Origin: Catajapyx aquilonaris
Lineage: Eukaryota
Assembly: GCA_000934665.2 (NCBI GenBank)
Contig: JYFJ02000293.1
Coordinates: forward strand, 62,001-126,000
DNA length: 64,000 nucleotides
Direction: 5' to 3'
Below, piece after piece: positions 46,862 to 61,800 of the stretch (position 1 is the first letter of the stretch; every line of letters begins with the position of its first letter). Position numbers and translations under genes: made by a program. Below the pieces are notes generated by a model, which saw only the letters and a program-made list of their open reading frames with translations, was not told the origin of the DNA and searched no databases.

Positions 46862-49800
46862 ATGCATCTGGCCCTGCTTCTGGCTCTTCTGGCGCTGCTT
46901 CCAGGTACTGTCAGGAGACTTAAAAGAGTGCCATACTGAATATTTGGCACGTTAGAGACGGACAGATTTGTTAATTACTGTCACTATAGCAGGGTTGGTG
47001 GCAATTGCTTAATAACATGCGCGACACTATCGGGTCAGTGTGATTTGTCACTGCAGGTGAGTGGGAAGGATGTCAAGTGTGTCGTTTGCAAACATTTCTT
47101 TTGCAATGTTTTGGCACAAGTAAACACCCCCCCCCTCTTTTCAGCACAGAGTAACAAATCCATTTGTAGTCAGCCTTTCAAGAGGAATATGTGGCGTGTG
47201 AATTGCTAAAATAACACACTTTCTCGGCATTAGTTGGTTGTCCAACCGAACTCTCAGATTATTATTTTTGCAACCTGCAAGTTGTGATGGTAAATTGGTA
47301 GGTCAGCATCGAGAACAATATATTTTTTTGTTGTAAGTATGTAAAGTCCCAACGAAATATGATTTTTTTGAATATGAAATTATTGCACCAATTATTGTAT
47401 TCCAGACTACTCCCTGCTGACTACTACTCAAAAGCAGCAAAAGTATTTTTCTGGTTACGTTAACGTATAATAATCATTCCAAACATTCCCATCACGCGAT
47501 GAGGTTAAATAACTCTGATGTTACACATTTGGTTGGTTCTAAGGCTTGAATGACAGTGAAATTGAGAGTCGCATATTTTTCCAGGAGAAGAGAAACTACT
47601 CTCTTTAGGAATGGATGGATGGCGGATCACGAAAGACAGAGAAATGGAAAGTGTTGAGTGAATGGATTGAAAGGAAGGAGAGGGGTGGGTGGTATAGGGT
47701 GGGTGGGAGAAAAAAATAATAATTAAGTGTGCGAGTCCATCAGCCCTGTTTTCTTTCAATCGGGTTTGTTGCTTCGTATGTTGGCGGGACCCAAAGCCAA
47801 AGCAGGCTGCTCGGGCAGTGACCCACATTTCCCTGCCCTTGGTCACCGAAGCCCCCTCAAGGGCGAAGGTGAGCTTCAGGAAGAACGCAGCCACTTTCTC
47901 CACACAACCGGATCTCTAACTTGGAGAAAAAAAATCGCACACATTTTTGCATATACGTGTTACACAGACAAAACGTGGTGATTAGCTCTTTTTTATATGG
48001 GCAATAATTATTACTGGGGGTAGGGCACAACTGGAATGATCTTGTTGCAATCCCGTTAACATTAATGAACTCATATAGAATCCAACGAATTGACCATCAG
48101 AGATTTGCATGTCAAGGACTGTATTGTGTAATTTTGGCCAAATTGTGTGACACTGATCGTCATGTAAATCAGGTCTCCAGACGTCATTGGAAAATTAGGA
48201 AGGTTAAGTAATTTTGTGGTCGCATCTCTCACGATCGGAGCCTTGGGGCATTTACACCTGATTGTAATTACTTGTCGAAAAAAAGTTTCGACCAGACTAT
48301 GTAACAAGCAGCCACCGATATAACTATTAAAATGTATTCGCCAATTCGGAAATATTCACTGGTCTGACCCAATTTACCTCGAAACTAGAAGTAAAAGCAA
48401 TATTTTTAGCAATTTTTTATTTTAAAGCTTACAGTACAAAAAAAAAAGATTTAAAATCAAATGTCAAATGAACGCAAGTGGCATAAATTTTGCTGATTTA
48501 TTAACACACAGAAAAACGTTTTGTTTGTTTGCAAAATTTTGTTACTGATGCAGTTATGCAATTTTGATTTATTGAGAAGAAATATAGAGTGGACCTTTTT
48601 TTTGCAAAATTTTGGTACGCTGTAGTTATGCAATTTTAATGTACTGGGAAGCAACTGACGAATAGAGTGAACTTCGTATGTGCAATTTTTTAAAAATGTA
48701 CAGTTGCGTGTTGTGCAATGTGGCCTTAACCTATGCACGTAATATGAGCAAATGTAAATTCGTGTCTTCGTCTCTCTGGCAATGAAAACTTCCTTGCTGC
48801 GGATGCAATCATTAATATTATTCATAACGGAGCTGGCTTAATTATTGGCTGGTTGAACTTTTTTTTTTTGAATGCCATCGTACTCTGTAATTACTACAGC
48901 TGATTTATGCTCCGTTCATATTTTTTTTCCAGAGGGAAAATTCTAGTCCATATGCAACCTACAAAAATTTGAGCGGGAAATGGCCACCGCCCTATGGGCC
49001 TTGCGAATATATATCTGCGCGCAAATTGCACACAAGGTTCAAGGACTTTTAGGGGGAGGGTCCCCTCCTTTATCCCATAAAAATACCTGGCTTCGTCACG
49101 ATTGCCAAAAAAAATATATTTCGCAAACAACTTAGATCTTCCTGGCTAATGAATTCGAGCCTTGGCCTGTTGACTGGCCAGAGGTCACGGAATTCCCGAC
49201 CAAAATAAGAGCCATGACCAAAATTCGCGAAAATGCACCATTTTACATACGGTACTCAGACTCTTTTTTTTTAGGTTCGCAAAGTGAGTAATGCGTAGTC
49301 GCAGCTGGTTATCCGGGTCACTTTCCCTTCGAAGCAAGCAGCATCCTTCGTATAGACAATGACCACACACACAAAAAACTGAAGATAAATCTTTCGAGTT
49401 TGCAAGGTAGCTTGGATTTTTGCGAGAAAAATGGTTACGCACTTAACCTGAATTGGTGCTCAGATTCCATAGAGTAGAGATAATTGGTGTTCCAGATTGG
49501 AACTCCAGATTGGATCCTAATTAGCCGATATAATCATTGAGGCCGTAGGATATGAGGAAGCTTCACAGGTTATGTGGGTTATTATTTAATGCAGGTCATT
49601 GACTGTGTTAAAACTGGACTTTTTAAATAGCCAAGAGCACCTCTATCCTGGTCAGGATCACGATATCGTGACGCTATGATACGTATGAGATTTAATTCTT
49701 CTTAAAAATATTAGAAGGTTGGCAACTTATATTTTCACTAATTTATTTAATTGAGACGAATTGGGTGGCCTTTAAAAAAAATAATGAGTGGTTAAGGTGT

Positions 49801-52800
49801 CTGCGGATTGCAGATAATGAGGTGACATCATGTAATATTTAACTAATCACATCGAGACTAATTTGAACTTTCTGGCTAACGAAACCAGTTATGCAGACAT
49901 GTAAGAGCTTCATTTCATGACAGCATGTTGCAAATTATTTTTAGTCGTACAATGAATCGTTAACGCTGAAATAAAAAAATAAGTTACGTATCTGGGATTA
50001 ACTTAACCTCCTGAAACCCCTGGTACAGTATACTGTACTTTTGTTTTTTTCCAGCACCTTCTGACTAACTCAAACGCGTAAAAAAACAAAGGTACTGTAC
50101 CGTACAGTACGTACAGTATACTGTACCGGGGGTCTCAGGAGGATAATCTGCACTGATTTGTTTTAAAAAAGTCGCTTGTACTGTACGTATACTCGACGAT
50201 ATTATCTGAAAGATGAACTTGAAATTTAATTTGATCTCTCAATTGTTGGGCAATGTGGGCTACCCTGCTTACTTATTAACTCGTTTTGCTTTCATGAAAT
50301 ATGGGTCTTAGAGACAGTAATTCAAAAACAATTGTCATTATCGTGCTACTTGATCGTGTCTGGTACGCCACAAACGCCCATTGAGTTTGTGTCATGACGA
50401 TAATGAATCCGAAGGGCATATTGTTACAAGCGGATTACAGGGCGTTACCAATATTTTTGTTTGCACATTGGATCGGAATGTGGATCCATCCAACCGTGTA
50501 ATTTCTGAAGACTGCGGAATTCCCCTCAAAAGGAATCCGATGCTAACCACTGATACACATAATATTCCATAGCTCCACCATCATAATCCAATTAACCACT
50601 ATACTTGTATAGTATGAGTGACGCCTGGTAAAAGGTGTGGTGAGGGTTTTTGGGCGTACCCCGGACTTTGCTTTGTGAGCAAGGTCGCTGCCACCTAACC
50701 CAATAAGAAAGATGTAGAGAAAGAAAAAAAAATGGTAACAGTAGGAAACTGGATCTACCTTACTGGTCTTTTGAAGTCGGACAGGTATTGTAGTGGTTAC
50801 CCCCCCCCCCTTCCACCCAACCACCCTCTTTTTCCTCTTGTACAGTAGTAAAGAAAAAAATAAAATAAAGGATCGTCTAGACCTCAACTACCGTTAAGGA
50901 CGTCCGCCATGTTTACACAGGAAGGAAAGCGTCCTTCCGATACAGTATGCGTCGTAAAATACAGTCATTTTTAATTTGGAAGCTTACGCAAGTTACGCTT
51001 GTTTGTTAATTAATTATATTGTGAACAGATTTCTGTGACTTTTCGTGCCCAAATAAGCATCCAGTTAGAAGTTACTATTGGACATGCATAGATTCTCATA
51101 AAAATTGGTAATCATTAATTTAACGTAATTATTGCCTTCCGAATATATTTTTCTCTCAGTCAATCAATTATTTATTTTACCTCAGGGACAGATTTCCCAT
51201 AAATCAATGATTCTGATTGAAATAAATTGCTGGAAATTTTATATGTCTTGCTTTGACTAACTTGTATAAAGTGCCTGACTTTATAGTTTTCTTTACGTTG
51301 GCGATAAAATGTACTGTGCAGCAGGAATTACTTTCACTGCAATTTGCACCGAATGCATGGCAATTCCCGTTTTTAATTGATGCAAAAACATGTGTAGATA
51401 AATTACATTTTGACTTTTCTTTCCTCAAAATGCTTCCTGCTGCAGATAATTTCGAGAAAAAAATAGCTTTCTTGCCATTAAAATAAATGATAAGTCATTG
51501 CACTCGTTAACCTATTGCATCAACGTGCATTGACACATAATTATGTAAAGTCGCCACCTTTGTAATTACTGATGAGTGAGTAATAGCCTCACACAATATT
51601 GAGGACGCAACATTTACGAGTTCGCCGTCAGTTGGCATCGCAACATCTGAAAGTGACGTCACTCTCTGTACGTGTACATGACCTCTGACACGCCACTATC
51701 GTCTTCTCACCCGATAAACGGGTTCCACACTTGGTTTGACAGAAAATTGCTCGGTTTCTATTCGGAAGTGGGATGATCATCCGGAAGGGAAAAGCGGAAA
51801 AGATTGAGCCCCATCTGATTGGTTCGAACACAACAGTCTGTGACCCAAATAGATACTATTATAATCATCGCATTAAAAAATGAGAAGTGAACACCAGATG
51901 TACAGAGAGATGAAGAGAAGCATTGTTTACCCCCAGCAATAATTTTAAAATATTATAACAACACACTCTCCTGTATAATAGAACAGAAGGATCATATAAT
52001 GCTTCTGATTGGACCGCCGCATATTGTTACCGCGACGGTTCCTATTGGCCCCATTATGCGCCTGCGCAATGGGAGGAAGAACCAGTCAGTTGCTATACAT
52101 ATTTCAAGCGTCTCTCCCGTCACCTCGACCATTCGCCATCCACCCCCAGGCCGCACGTCTAGAAAAAAGTGATCGAAGTGGCTCTCTAGCCTGTGCCATA
52201 CGTTTTTCTAGTGTACTTATAACTGGACAAATAATAAAAATAAATAAATAAAAATGTGATAGTCATGGTGATCTACACTCTACTGATAGAGAGAGAGAGC
52301 GTAGACGATGATATATCCGAGAGAAGAGAGAGGAGTTGAGCAATTAAACGTATTGGCCCCCCTTTACTTTCCGGGGCTGCTCAAGTGGGACTTGTCCTTT
52401 TGTCCCCCTAGCAGATGACGTCACGGGGACAAGTGACTTATTACGACTCTTGTCCATTCACTTGACTGTACATACTCTCGACTAGACAGGTTGGGAAGAC
52501 GAAGAAGCTGCTTTGGGGAAGAGAGAGAGAGAGAGAAGTCGCGCATCACATTTCCAACTCATTCTTTCTTCACGGGTGAAGGAACAAGTGGCCATTGTTG
52601 ACCTTGTGATTGTTATCAATGCTGCTGCTGCTGCAGGGAGAGAGGATTAGGAATATAATGAGGAGAAAGGACTGGCAGGAGCAGTGAAGTCTCTGGCCCA
52701 TGCTAATTGGGCAAAAACACAAAGTGGACTTAGAAACAGTAGCGTCTAACTGAAATTATATGTAGAAAAAATGTTTAAAAAGTTGACTTTCTCCCTTGAA

Positions 52801-55800
52801 TAATCGGGCAATTATGAGGAGTTACAACAATTCAAAGTCGTGATAATTGTTTTGGGGTGGGTTGAATTTTGGAATAATAGAAGCGTTTCATCTTTTTTAC
52901 TGAGAGATATAGTGTGGCTCTTCATGTTAGCTGCACTTGAAACTATAAGTAATTAGGACTAATTTCATGTATGTGACTCTGTTTCCAATAATTAAGACAA
53001 CTTTTGTAATTTCTGTTCCTGCTGTCTCGTTACTGAGAAAACAGGTTTCAAACAAAAAGGAGAAAAATATCCTGGAAGGTATGCGCCCCTTCTTGCGACC
53101 TTGCCATTTTTTATATTCAAAATGGCATATTATGACTGTTGACTGATACGTTATTAGCACAGTAACTGCAGTCAATTCAACAAAATATTCACACTAAATA
53201 GAATTTACTGTACGAAAATAACACTAATTACAAATACGGTGCATTTGCTGTAAAACTCAAGAAACTCACGAAATCATGCCATTATCGCGGAAATCAGCAG
53301 TGGATTTTGCGTCAAGTTTTGCAATCTTTGGGGCCAAAGAAGGCAACACGAAATACCTTGAAACATATTCGGCCAGAAATAGAGTTCGCTTGTAAAAAGA
53401 GGTCAAGCGAAGACCTTATAGGATTGTGACCATCACTTTCAATTTAATCCAAGTCCTACATCAAAGTCACGTTTGTTGTATTCATCAATTGCAAGGAAAT
53501 TCACCAGAAAAAAAACACGCCTTTACAGAGAGAAACTTTTTTCCTTGGAATTATGCGATTTGAATGTTTAACAAAAAAAATGAAAATGTGCTATATTTTT
53601 GGTAACGTGCGGTGCAATTGACCTGACCAGTTTCTTCCGGCATATTTGCGAGCAGCAGCAGGTGTATATATTTTTTTTTGTTCAACTAACCAGCAATGCG
53701 ATCCAACCTTGGCCAGCCGATTTTCCTTGGCAGATTACGAGAGTTATAAGGGGCCACAGCTGTATATCTAGGGGAGGTGTCCTGTGGAGAAGGGACCTTG
53801 AATGGCCCCAGCTATAGAAGAAGGTGGTGGTCAGTTGGGGGAAGGTGAATGTATGGATGATCTGTCTTCATTCCGACGACTCACGCCTTGAAACAATATC
53901 TGTCACGACTTGGTCCGGCCCCCTTTTCCTTCCTTCGAGACATGTGCGCTGCACTCGTATAGTACCGTGTAATAATAGCTATCTTCGCACACTCTAAGTC
54001 ATGTGAAGTCAGAGAGAGGCTCTCTTTATATTGCAGCATCCCCCAACGAATCATTTTTCTGGCGAGGACAAATGGACTGATCGGTGAAGGGACCACTCCT
54101 ATTTCTTCCATTGTGGTGATGTGACCATTTCGGGTGACCTCGTGTCCACATTCAATCGAATGTCATCTGCGCAGGGACGATGCGACCGAAATATATTATG
54201 GCGCAACTGATTGTTGAAGCCAACAACCGATTTTTTTTTAAAAAAAGGAAGGAATAAACGCATGAGAAGTCTGGAATTTTTCAGGCTTTCATGTTCCGTT
54301 TCTCAATTATGGTTACTTCATTTTTTCGCAGTTACTTAACACCGTGAGTGTGTGGATACGCCCCTGGTTTGATCACGATGTGTTAATTAGCGCGATGGCT
54401 AATTTTGAAATGGGTGTAACTTGCAATGTCCCTCTGCACAGACAGAAATATCAGTCTGATTCCAACATGCTCTCTATTTCATTTCGACATTTTGCAGGGT
54501 CACAAAATAAGGTCAACAAGTAGTAAAGTTCTGGACAAAATAATGCAAAGTAAGGAAAGAGAGAAAATGTAATGGTCTGAACTACTTGCTATTAAGTGTA
54601 TGTTGCATAATGTTTGTAATAGGATTTGCCATTTTCTCACACTATAGTTTTTAGGACAGTCTTAACTGGGGAACAATTTCCGCATCAAACTGAGCTGAAT
54701 ATTATTATAGGGATGTTACGACACAAATGATTAGCCGCTACAGTTATGCAAACGACCACTTGCATCATTATACTAATCACATCAATTTTAACGACTAGTC
54801 ACAGCATAGGATAAGCCATTAAAAAATTTCGGCTGATTTTACTAAAAACATTTCAAGACCTCAAATGCATTGAGTTAATGAGGTGCAATATTAGGTATAC
54901 AGCACACCATTATGAATAAGGAGGAGGAAAAAAAAAGTCGAGGAATGTATTTGAGAGCGATAATTGGTGAGCAATCAGGCGGATAAAGAGAAAGGAAAAA
55001 TAAAGGCAACATGTGAAAGGGAAGGATGGACCAACTTAACTGTATAGAAAATTTTCGTGAAAGTGTCCCGCGGCCCGGATCAAATGGGACTTCTTCATTC
55101 TTCCCAAGGATATTCTGCGGGCAGGAAAAAAAAATGGCGAGAAGGACCGACTTTACATTTGGCAAAGATACGCCCCTCTGATATACGTAAGATACTATTC
55201 GGGCGTTGTCTTTTTTGTGACTTTCGTGACGTGTGCGCTCACCTTTTTTTTAATGAGTTGGTGTGGGCATGGTTTTGGTTCCTCTTATTTTTTTTAGTGC
55301 TCGTTCATTCCGAAAGGAAGAGGTCAAGGCAGGTGACCTGCATGGAAATTCACCACTTTTTTTTCCTTCTTGTGACCATCATCGTTGACCTCTACCTTGC
55401 CCCCCACGCCCTCACTCCTCTCCCTTTGAACAGAAACCAAGCACGTTTTAAACTGACGTTTTGGAAGAATCAACATTGTAATATCCGGTAAATTTTTTTA
55501 AGGGTGAAAGTGTAGTGGACATCAGGAAAGATGATTTACAGTAAGGCATGGGAAATATTAATATGTGTGACAACCCGGAAATTCGTGATTTTTTAAAGGC
55601 GATTAAGATTTGGGAGAGATTATTCGTTTAAAATGCGTGGACATGATGCAGATCGTTACTACCGGAAAAGTTTTTATCCAAAAAAATAATCAAACAGTGA
55701 TTGCGTCACAGTTCATGACAAAACTGTGACAGTAGAAAATATTAGTGATACATTGGCCAGTTACTTCCGGATAAGATGTGTCCATTTGACAATCATGCTG

Positions 55801-58800
55801 CACGTAATGATGTGTTTAATAAACATTTCCTCAGTGAGGAAATTAATTTGTCGAATAGTGAATTACAAGTCAAGAAAGGTCTTGTTTGTTAGGCATTAAA
55901 ATACACAAGTTGTTGATTGAAACTTTTACTTAATTATGTTGCATGAATAGTGACATGACATCCACGTATTTGGTGTTAAAGTGATCGTGATGACTATTGA
56001 TGATGTGATTTTTGGACTCATGTGATTGATTGTTTTGAATGTCGTTTTTTTTGCTCTAAATAGCAACTCGCTGAATAAGGAAATTGCTGAATATCAGAAA
56101 ACAAGGTGTTCCCAAAATTGATGAGAGAAATCATATTCGTAAATTATGTTTTTTTATAGCATGAAGATGGATAACTACTATTACGTTTTTTTCCAGCTGG
56201 AGTAAAACGAGTAGAAAGGTGCCGTTTTTTGGGGGTGCTGAAAAAAAAGCCCTTATTATTTCCTAACTCGAAGTGAAACCTTCCCTTTTTATTGATGAGC
56301 AAACATAAAGCAAGAATCAATTATTGGTTGCCGAATAACTCTGCACTTTCTCCTCCATATTACTATTGAAGCTGGCCCCCATAAAAATTCCTATATGGCG
56401 ACCTTGCATTTTAACAATGTTTGCAAAATAGATCCACCATTATTTATTTTTTTACCTCAGATGTTGCGAAATCGATGAATGGCCGAGGAATTTTGGCTGT
56501 TCCCACCTTCACTGTGGGCGACCAATTGGAAAGCCCACCTCCGGGTGAGTCCTCCCCAAAATAATAATAAAAAAAAACCACCCTTGATGAGAAACAAGGG
56601 GTGTCTTCTTGAGCATCATCCTGTGGGTTTTCGTCTCTTCTATTTAGAGAAACCATCGTTTTATTCAGGGAGGATGACCCAACCGAGCCCTACCCACACT
56701 CACCGCAAGGTCGCAATCAAAAAAGGGCGAAATTTTGGTGTATTTTTGCACCATTGCACGTATTGTGCGATGAATAAAAATGCAAAGTGTTGAGTCAGTT
56801 GGCCTTGAGTGTTGGAAAGGTAAGGTTGGTTGCCTACGCGTTTAGGATATAGAAAAGTATGGTTTGCAAAGGGTGGAGCAAAGTGCTGCATGACTGATTA
56901 GTATGTTGCATGTGTTGGAGGAAAATGAACAATTACACTGCCCAAATTTAGCCGTACAGGGTGGTGTTACAGCAGACTTTTCATCTGGATTGTCGGCTAA
57001 ATTTTTTACAGCATTTTTTGGTGCAATATTCGGGTCTGATAATGATCCGCCTTGCATTTCCTATCCATACATTGTTTTCGAGCAGGCGAAAGCTCTCCTG
57101 GCCCGATAATACGAGAACAATGAGATCCACATTCAATACCATTTGCTTGCTGTTCGCATTCCATTGATGGCCATGATTTCAAAACACGCCGGAGGAGCTT
57201 TCACTGCTGACCTCGACAACTACTGTGACGACATATCGTGTACTGTGTTTTGCCTAATTGTTGGATTGTTGCAGCGTCATCCGAAGGAGAGACCAGACCT
57301 TCTCCGGTGTACATTGACCCCCTGGCGCCTAAAGAACCTCTGGCGGCGCCTGTACCCGATGCAGCAGCCTCGTTCCTCACCACCACCGTCTATGGGTTCC
57401 TGGACTTTGTCACCACTATTGGAAACACAGTCATGGTCTTCACGCCTCAGACCGCTCCTCCTTCAGGTTTGATAGTGTCTTAACTACCCCTTAAACCACC
57501 GTTAGATCTTACCGGTCCGTTAAATTGATGGAGAAACAGGCATTAAATCTATCGCGCCTCAGACTGCTCCTGCAAATTTGAATGTCTTAACTACCCCTTA
57601 AACCAGCACCGTTAGCTCTTAACGGTCCGTTAAATTGTTGGAGAAACAGGCATTAAATTCGTCACACCTCAGACAGCTCCTGCAGATTTTGAATGTCTTA
57701 ACTACCAGTTAAACCGCCGTTAGCTCTTAACGGTCCGTTAAATTGTTGGAGAAACAGGCATTAAATTCGTCACACCTCAGACTGCTCCTGCAGATGTGAG
57801 TGTCTTAACTACCCGTTAAACTATCGTTAGCTCTTAACGGTCCGTTAAATTGATGGAGAAACAGGCATTAAATCTATCACGCCTCAGACTGCTCCTGCAG
57901 AATTGAGTGTCTTAACTGCCCGTTAAACTATCGTTAGCTCTTAACGGTCCGTTAAATTGTTGGCGAAACAGGCATCAAATTCGTCACACCTCAGATTCCT
58001 CCTGCAGATTTAATAGTGTCTTAACTACCAGTTAAACTACCTTCTTAACGGTCCGTTAAATTGATGGAGCAACCGGGCATTAAAATCTTCGTTTATTCCG
58101 ACAGGTGAAAAAGTGAAGGTGTCGGTGGTAGGTGGACAGGAAGTCCTGACGGTGATATCGTCGTCTGCGGCGCCCAAGACGACGCTTGTGACGGCCAGCA
58201 AGAGCCAGCAGCTGTCGTCTAACATAAAGGCGTCGGCGTCTCCGTCGTCCAAAATCAACAAGGAGGACAACAAGGTGCTGCTGAAGAAGTCCGAGCCCAG
58301 AGTTGTGGTGTCCATACGGACTAGTAGTAGCTCCAGTGAGGAAGAGGACAAAGGTGGCGGTCATTCGTCGCCTAAACTAGAGGGCAGTGAGCCTTTGTTG
58401 GCCGCGGGGTCGTCGCCGTCGTCGGTCACAGTCTTGCCGTCAGTCGAGACGTCGTTTCTGATTGACGACGACGTCCAGACTTCAGTAGCGTCTGCGTCGC
58501 CCACACCTCCTCTCAACACACTTCAGTCGCAGGTACGCACACAGGTTCAAACCGCTGTTCGAGTAGCGTCGTCGGAGGCGTCGCCCACAGCAGCGCCCAA
58601 ACCCCAGCAGCAAAAGCTCCCAACTGGTTTGGTGACAACATTGGACGCAACCCTGGTCGCAGATGGCATCACTACTCTAATGAAAACGAGCGTCATTGGG
58701 ACATTCTTCGACGGAAAGTACGCTCAGATACTGCACAGCACTGCAGTCATACTCGGAGGGTAAGTACCAGTCATGTACAGGGCTATTCTGCCGTCAGATG

Positions 58801-61800
58801 TGAGAGGACCGTAACTCAATATCCACTTCCCTTTCGGCGAGAAAAGAAAGCAAGTGTTACCGAAAGCATCCAAGAGGTGGCGTTGGGGGAAGGGGGGAAA
58901 AGGAACGGCATCCCGACTCCATCTGTTGGGTGCTTTTGGTACCACTGCTTTTTTTTCCTCGCCGCCAGGGGATGTGGACATTGAGTTACGGTCTTCTCAT
59001 ATCTGACGGCAGTATTAATGGTGTACTAGTGGCGCCACAAGCTGTTGTCCGGAAAAGAGCGAATTCATCACTTTGATTCGCCCTTATCCCGACATCGGCT
59101 GGTGGCGCCACCAGCAAACTACAAAGAACGATCTGACGTCAGCCGTATTTTCTGAGCATGCGCAGTAGTATAGCGATTAATTGGAGGGAAGAGCCGGGTG
59201 GAGGCGGGGCTGAACATGACGTCAGATCATTCTTTGTACAGTTCGTGGACAATTTCTTCCGTGGAGTTCTTCACGATAATTGCGTGTATTTATAACTTAA
59301 TGGCCCGGTGCACAGAGGGTATCATTACGGTTCCTAACCACTGCACTCGCAATATACAGGGCGCAATTGTTAATATAGCCTTTCACCAGCCCGCACTGCC
59401 TGCTTTTCCTTTATTGCCAACTGTGGATGATACAACAGGATCATTACACCAATCAGCCTCACAACGACACCCGCAATAGTTGATGTAAAGTGCCAAAATA
59501 ACCCGTCATTTTACTCGCGGTTTGTGTGTTGGAAGTCACGGAATCGTCCGTTGTTATTACGGCAATTAGAGTGACGCAATCGACGCCTCTGTGCAATCAT
59601 TACTGTCCAAATAGCCGGGTAATAACGAAGCAATTGCCTTTTGTTTTTGATGCAACCTTTTCAGACTACTATCAGGGACAAAAAGTGTAGGGCACTACAA
59701 TGTTATTAAATTTGTTGTAGAGCGTCTCCGGTGCAGCCGACGCCTTTGCTGTCGGTGCTGGACAATTCCTTCGACGGCGAAGACGACAATGGATTCGACG
59801 ACGCCGAAGCCAGCGCGTCGGAAGAGCGTACATTGTACGTCCTACCTGAAGAAAGTGCGTCACCCACGGCCACAGTCACTAGACGCCATCTGAGTCCACC
59901 AGCGTCGCGACGCCCGTCGTCAGCATTCAGCCTCCGACGTGGCTCATCCCGTTCACCGCCGCCACCACCTCCGCCTCCGACGACGTCAAAGGCGCCACCA
60001 AAGTCCTACCAGAAGTCGTTCACTCCCAGGTCGTCGTTCAGGAACCGGTTCACCAACCCGACGCCCCCGACGCCTCCCCAACGCGTGAGCACCGTGTCAG
60101 TCTTTGCATCGCCGTCAGCCCCGTCACGACGCTCTTTCCAGCCATCAAGAACCAGGTCTTTCGCCCCATCACGACGTGGCTTTTCCCCAAAAGAAGCCAG
60201 ATCGCCGCCGACGACGACGCCTCAATCCTACCAGGACGTCCAACCGACGCCGGCGCTCAGGTTCAAGCCTCCTAGGAATTCAGGCAGATGGAGGTACGAA
60301 CCCTCGCCTAAACCCAGGGTGAACATACAGAAGACGGAGGGTACCAGTCCGCCTCAGCAACCGACGACGCCGACGTCCCCGACGCCTCTGACGCCCGCAC
60401 AGCAGCCACCGCCAGAAGTCCAGAAAGAAATTCCTCTTCAAGAAAGGTCTGTCCGCACACTTTCTTGTACAATATCGTATGTACTAATTCTATTTGTCAG
60501 TAGCAGTGTGAGTACGTCGGTGTCGACAGAGGACGAGGACGACCTTCAAGAGCTGATTGTTGGAGCTGAGGCTGAGACAATCCGAGTGACGACCACACGT
60601 GCGCCATTGCACGACGACGACGACGATGAGGTTCTGCTTCAGGTGGCAACCATCAAGTCTCCGTATGTGTTCCAAGCCGGAGCTGTCAAGAACACCAGGT
60701 TCATCACTCTGACCCACACGCAGTCTCTCCGTCTGCTCCAGACGGTTGACCCAAGTCTGACAGAAAACCTGCTGGCCACCACTCAACCTATAGAGAATAT
60801 TCTGCAAGGGTCGCACGACGTTGCAACTCTGCCGCCATTGACCCTCATCGACAATGGTGAGTGACAATGTCGTCGTTTTAGTACTGCTTGAGTGACAAAC
60901 TTGTCACCTTCCCAGGTGATGGCATCACGCAAGCGACTCCGGCCCTGGAGACGGTGACACAGACGCTGAGCACTGCTGAACTTCTCCTGAAGACAAGCGT
61001 CCTTCCAGTGGTGCGTCTGAAGACAGCTGGAGACGAATCTCCATCCACGTCATTCCTGACCCTGACCCAATCGTACTTTGTGACCCGGCTGGTCACCGCC
61101 ATGAAGACGCTCCCGGCGCTGGAGTACTACCAGTATGCGCCGGATCGCACCCTGACCGAGTTCAACACGTTGTTGCAGGAATCCGGATCAGAACACCGCG
61201 AGCATGTGACTGACGCTGATGACAACCCGCCGAACCTCAAGAAGGTCCTGCCTCCGCCTGACCTGGTGTCTGTCGGGTCGCCGTTTGACCCGTCGGCGAT
61301 GGACAACCTGCAGCATATCGGAAGCGTACCGAACCCGACGCCGACGTCGCCACCGACGCCTCCTCCGACACCACCGCCACCGCCACCACCGCCGGTACAC
61401 CCGTACTTCAACTACTTCAACCCGTTTGCTCCGTACATCAACCCGGTACCGCCTGTTCCGAGGCAAGAGCCTGTCGTTATGACCACATCCAGACCGGTCA
61501 TACGCACCAGTACGCTGTACGACACACATATCATTGCAATCACACCCCCGAGCGGCGGTGGTCCGACGTACTCGACCATCACGAGGCCGACAGGTACCAC
61601 GACCATCACGGACTACGTGCAGGACACCGTGACCCAGCTGGCCAACCCCGTGGCACCTGGGTACCAGCCGCAGTACACGCTGACCTCCAGCCCAGTGCTG
61701 ACCTCGGTCACTGTGACTGTGACCAACTCGAAGGTGCTGAAGCTCCAGTTCGGAGCACGTACCACTCTCACGACCATCTTTTCGACGTCGCTGGTGCCCA

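Noticed and set aside
57441..58090. CRISPR-like array
   Set aside because: The units are contiguous near-identical tandem copies with no unique spacers, they lie in a eukaryotic intron, and there are no cas genes.
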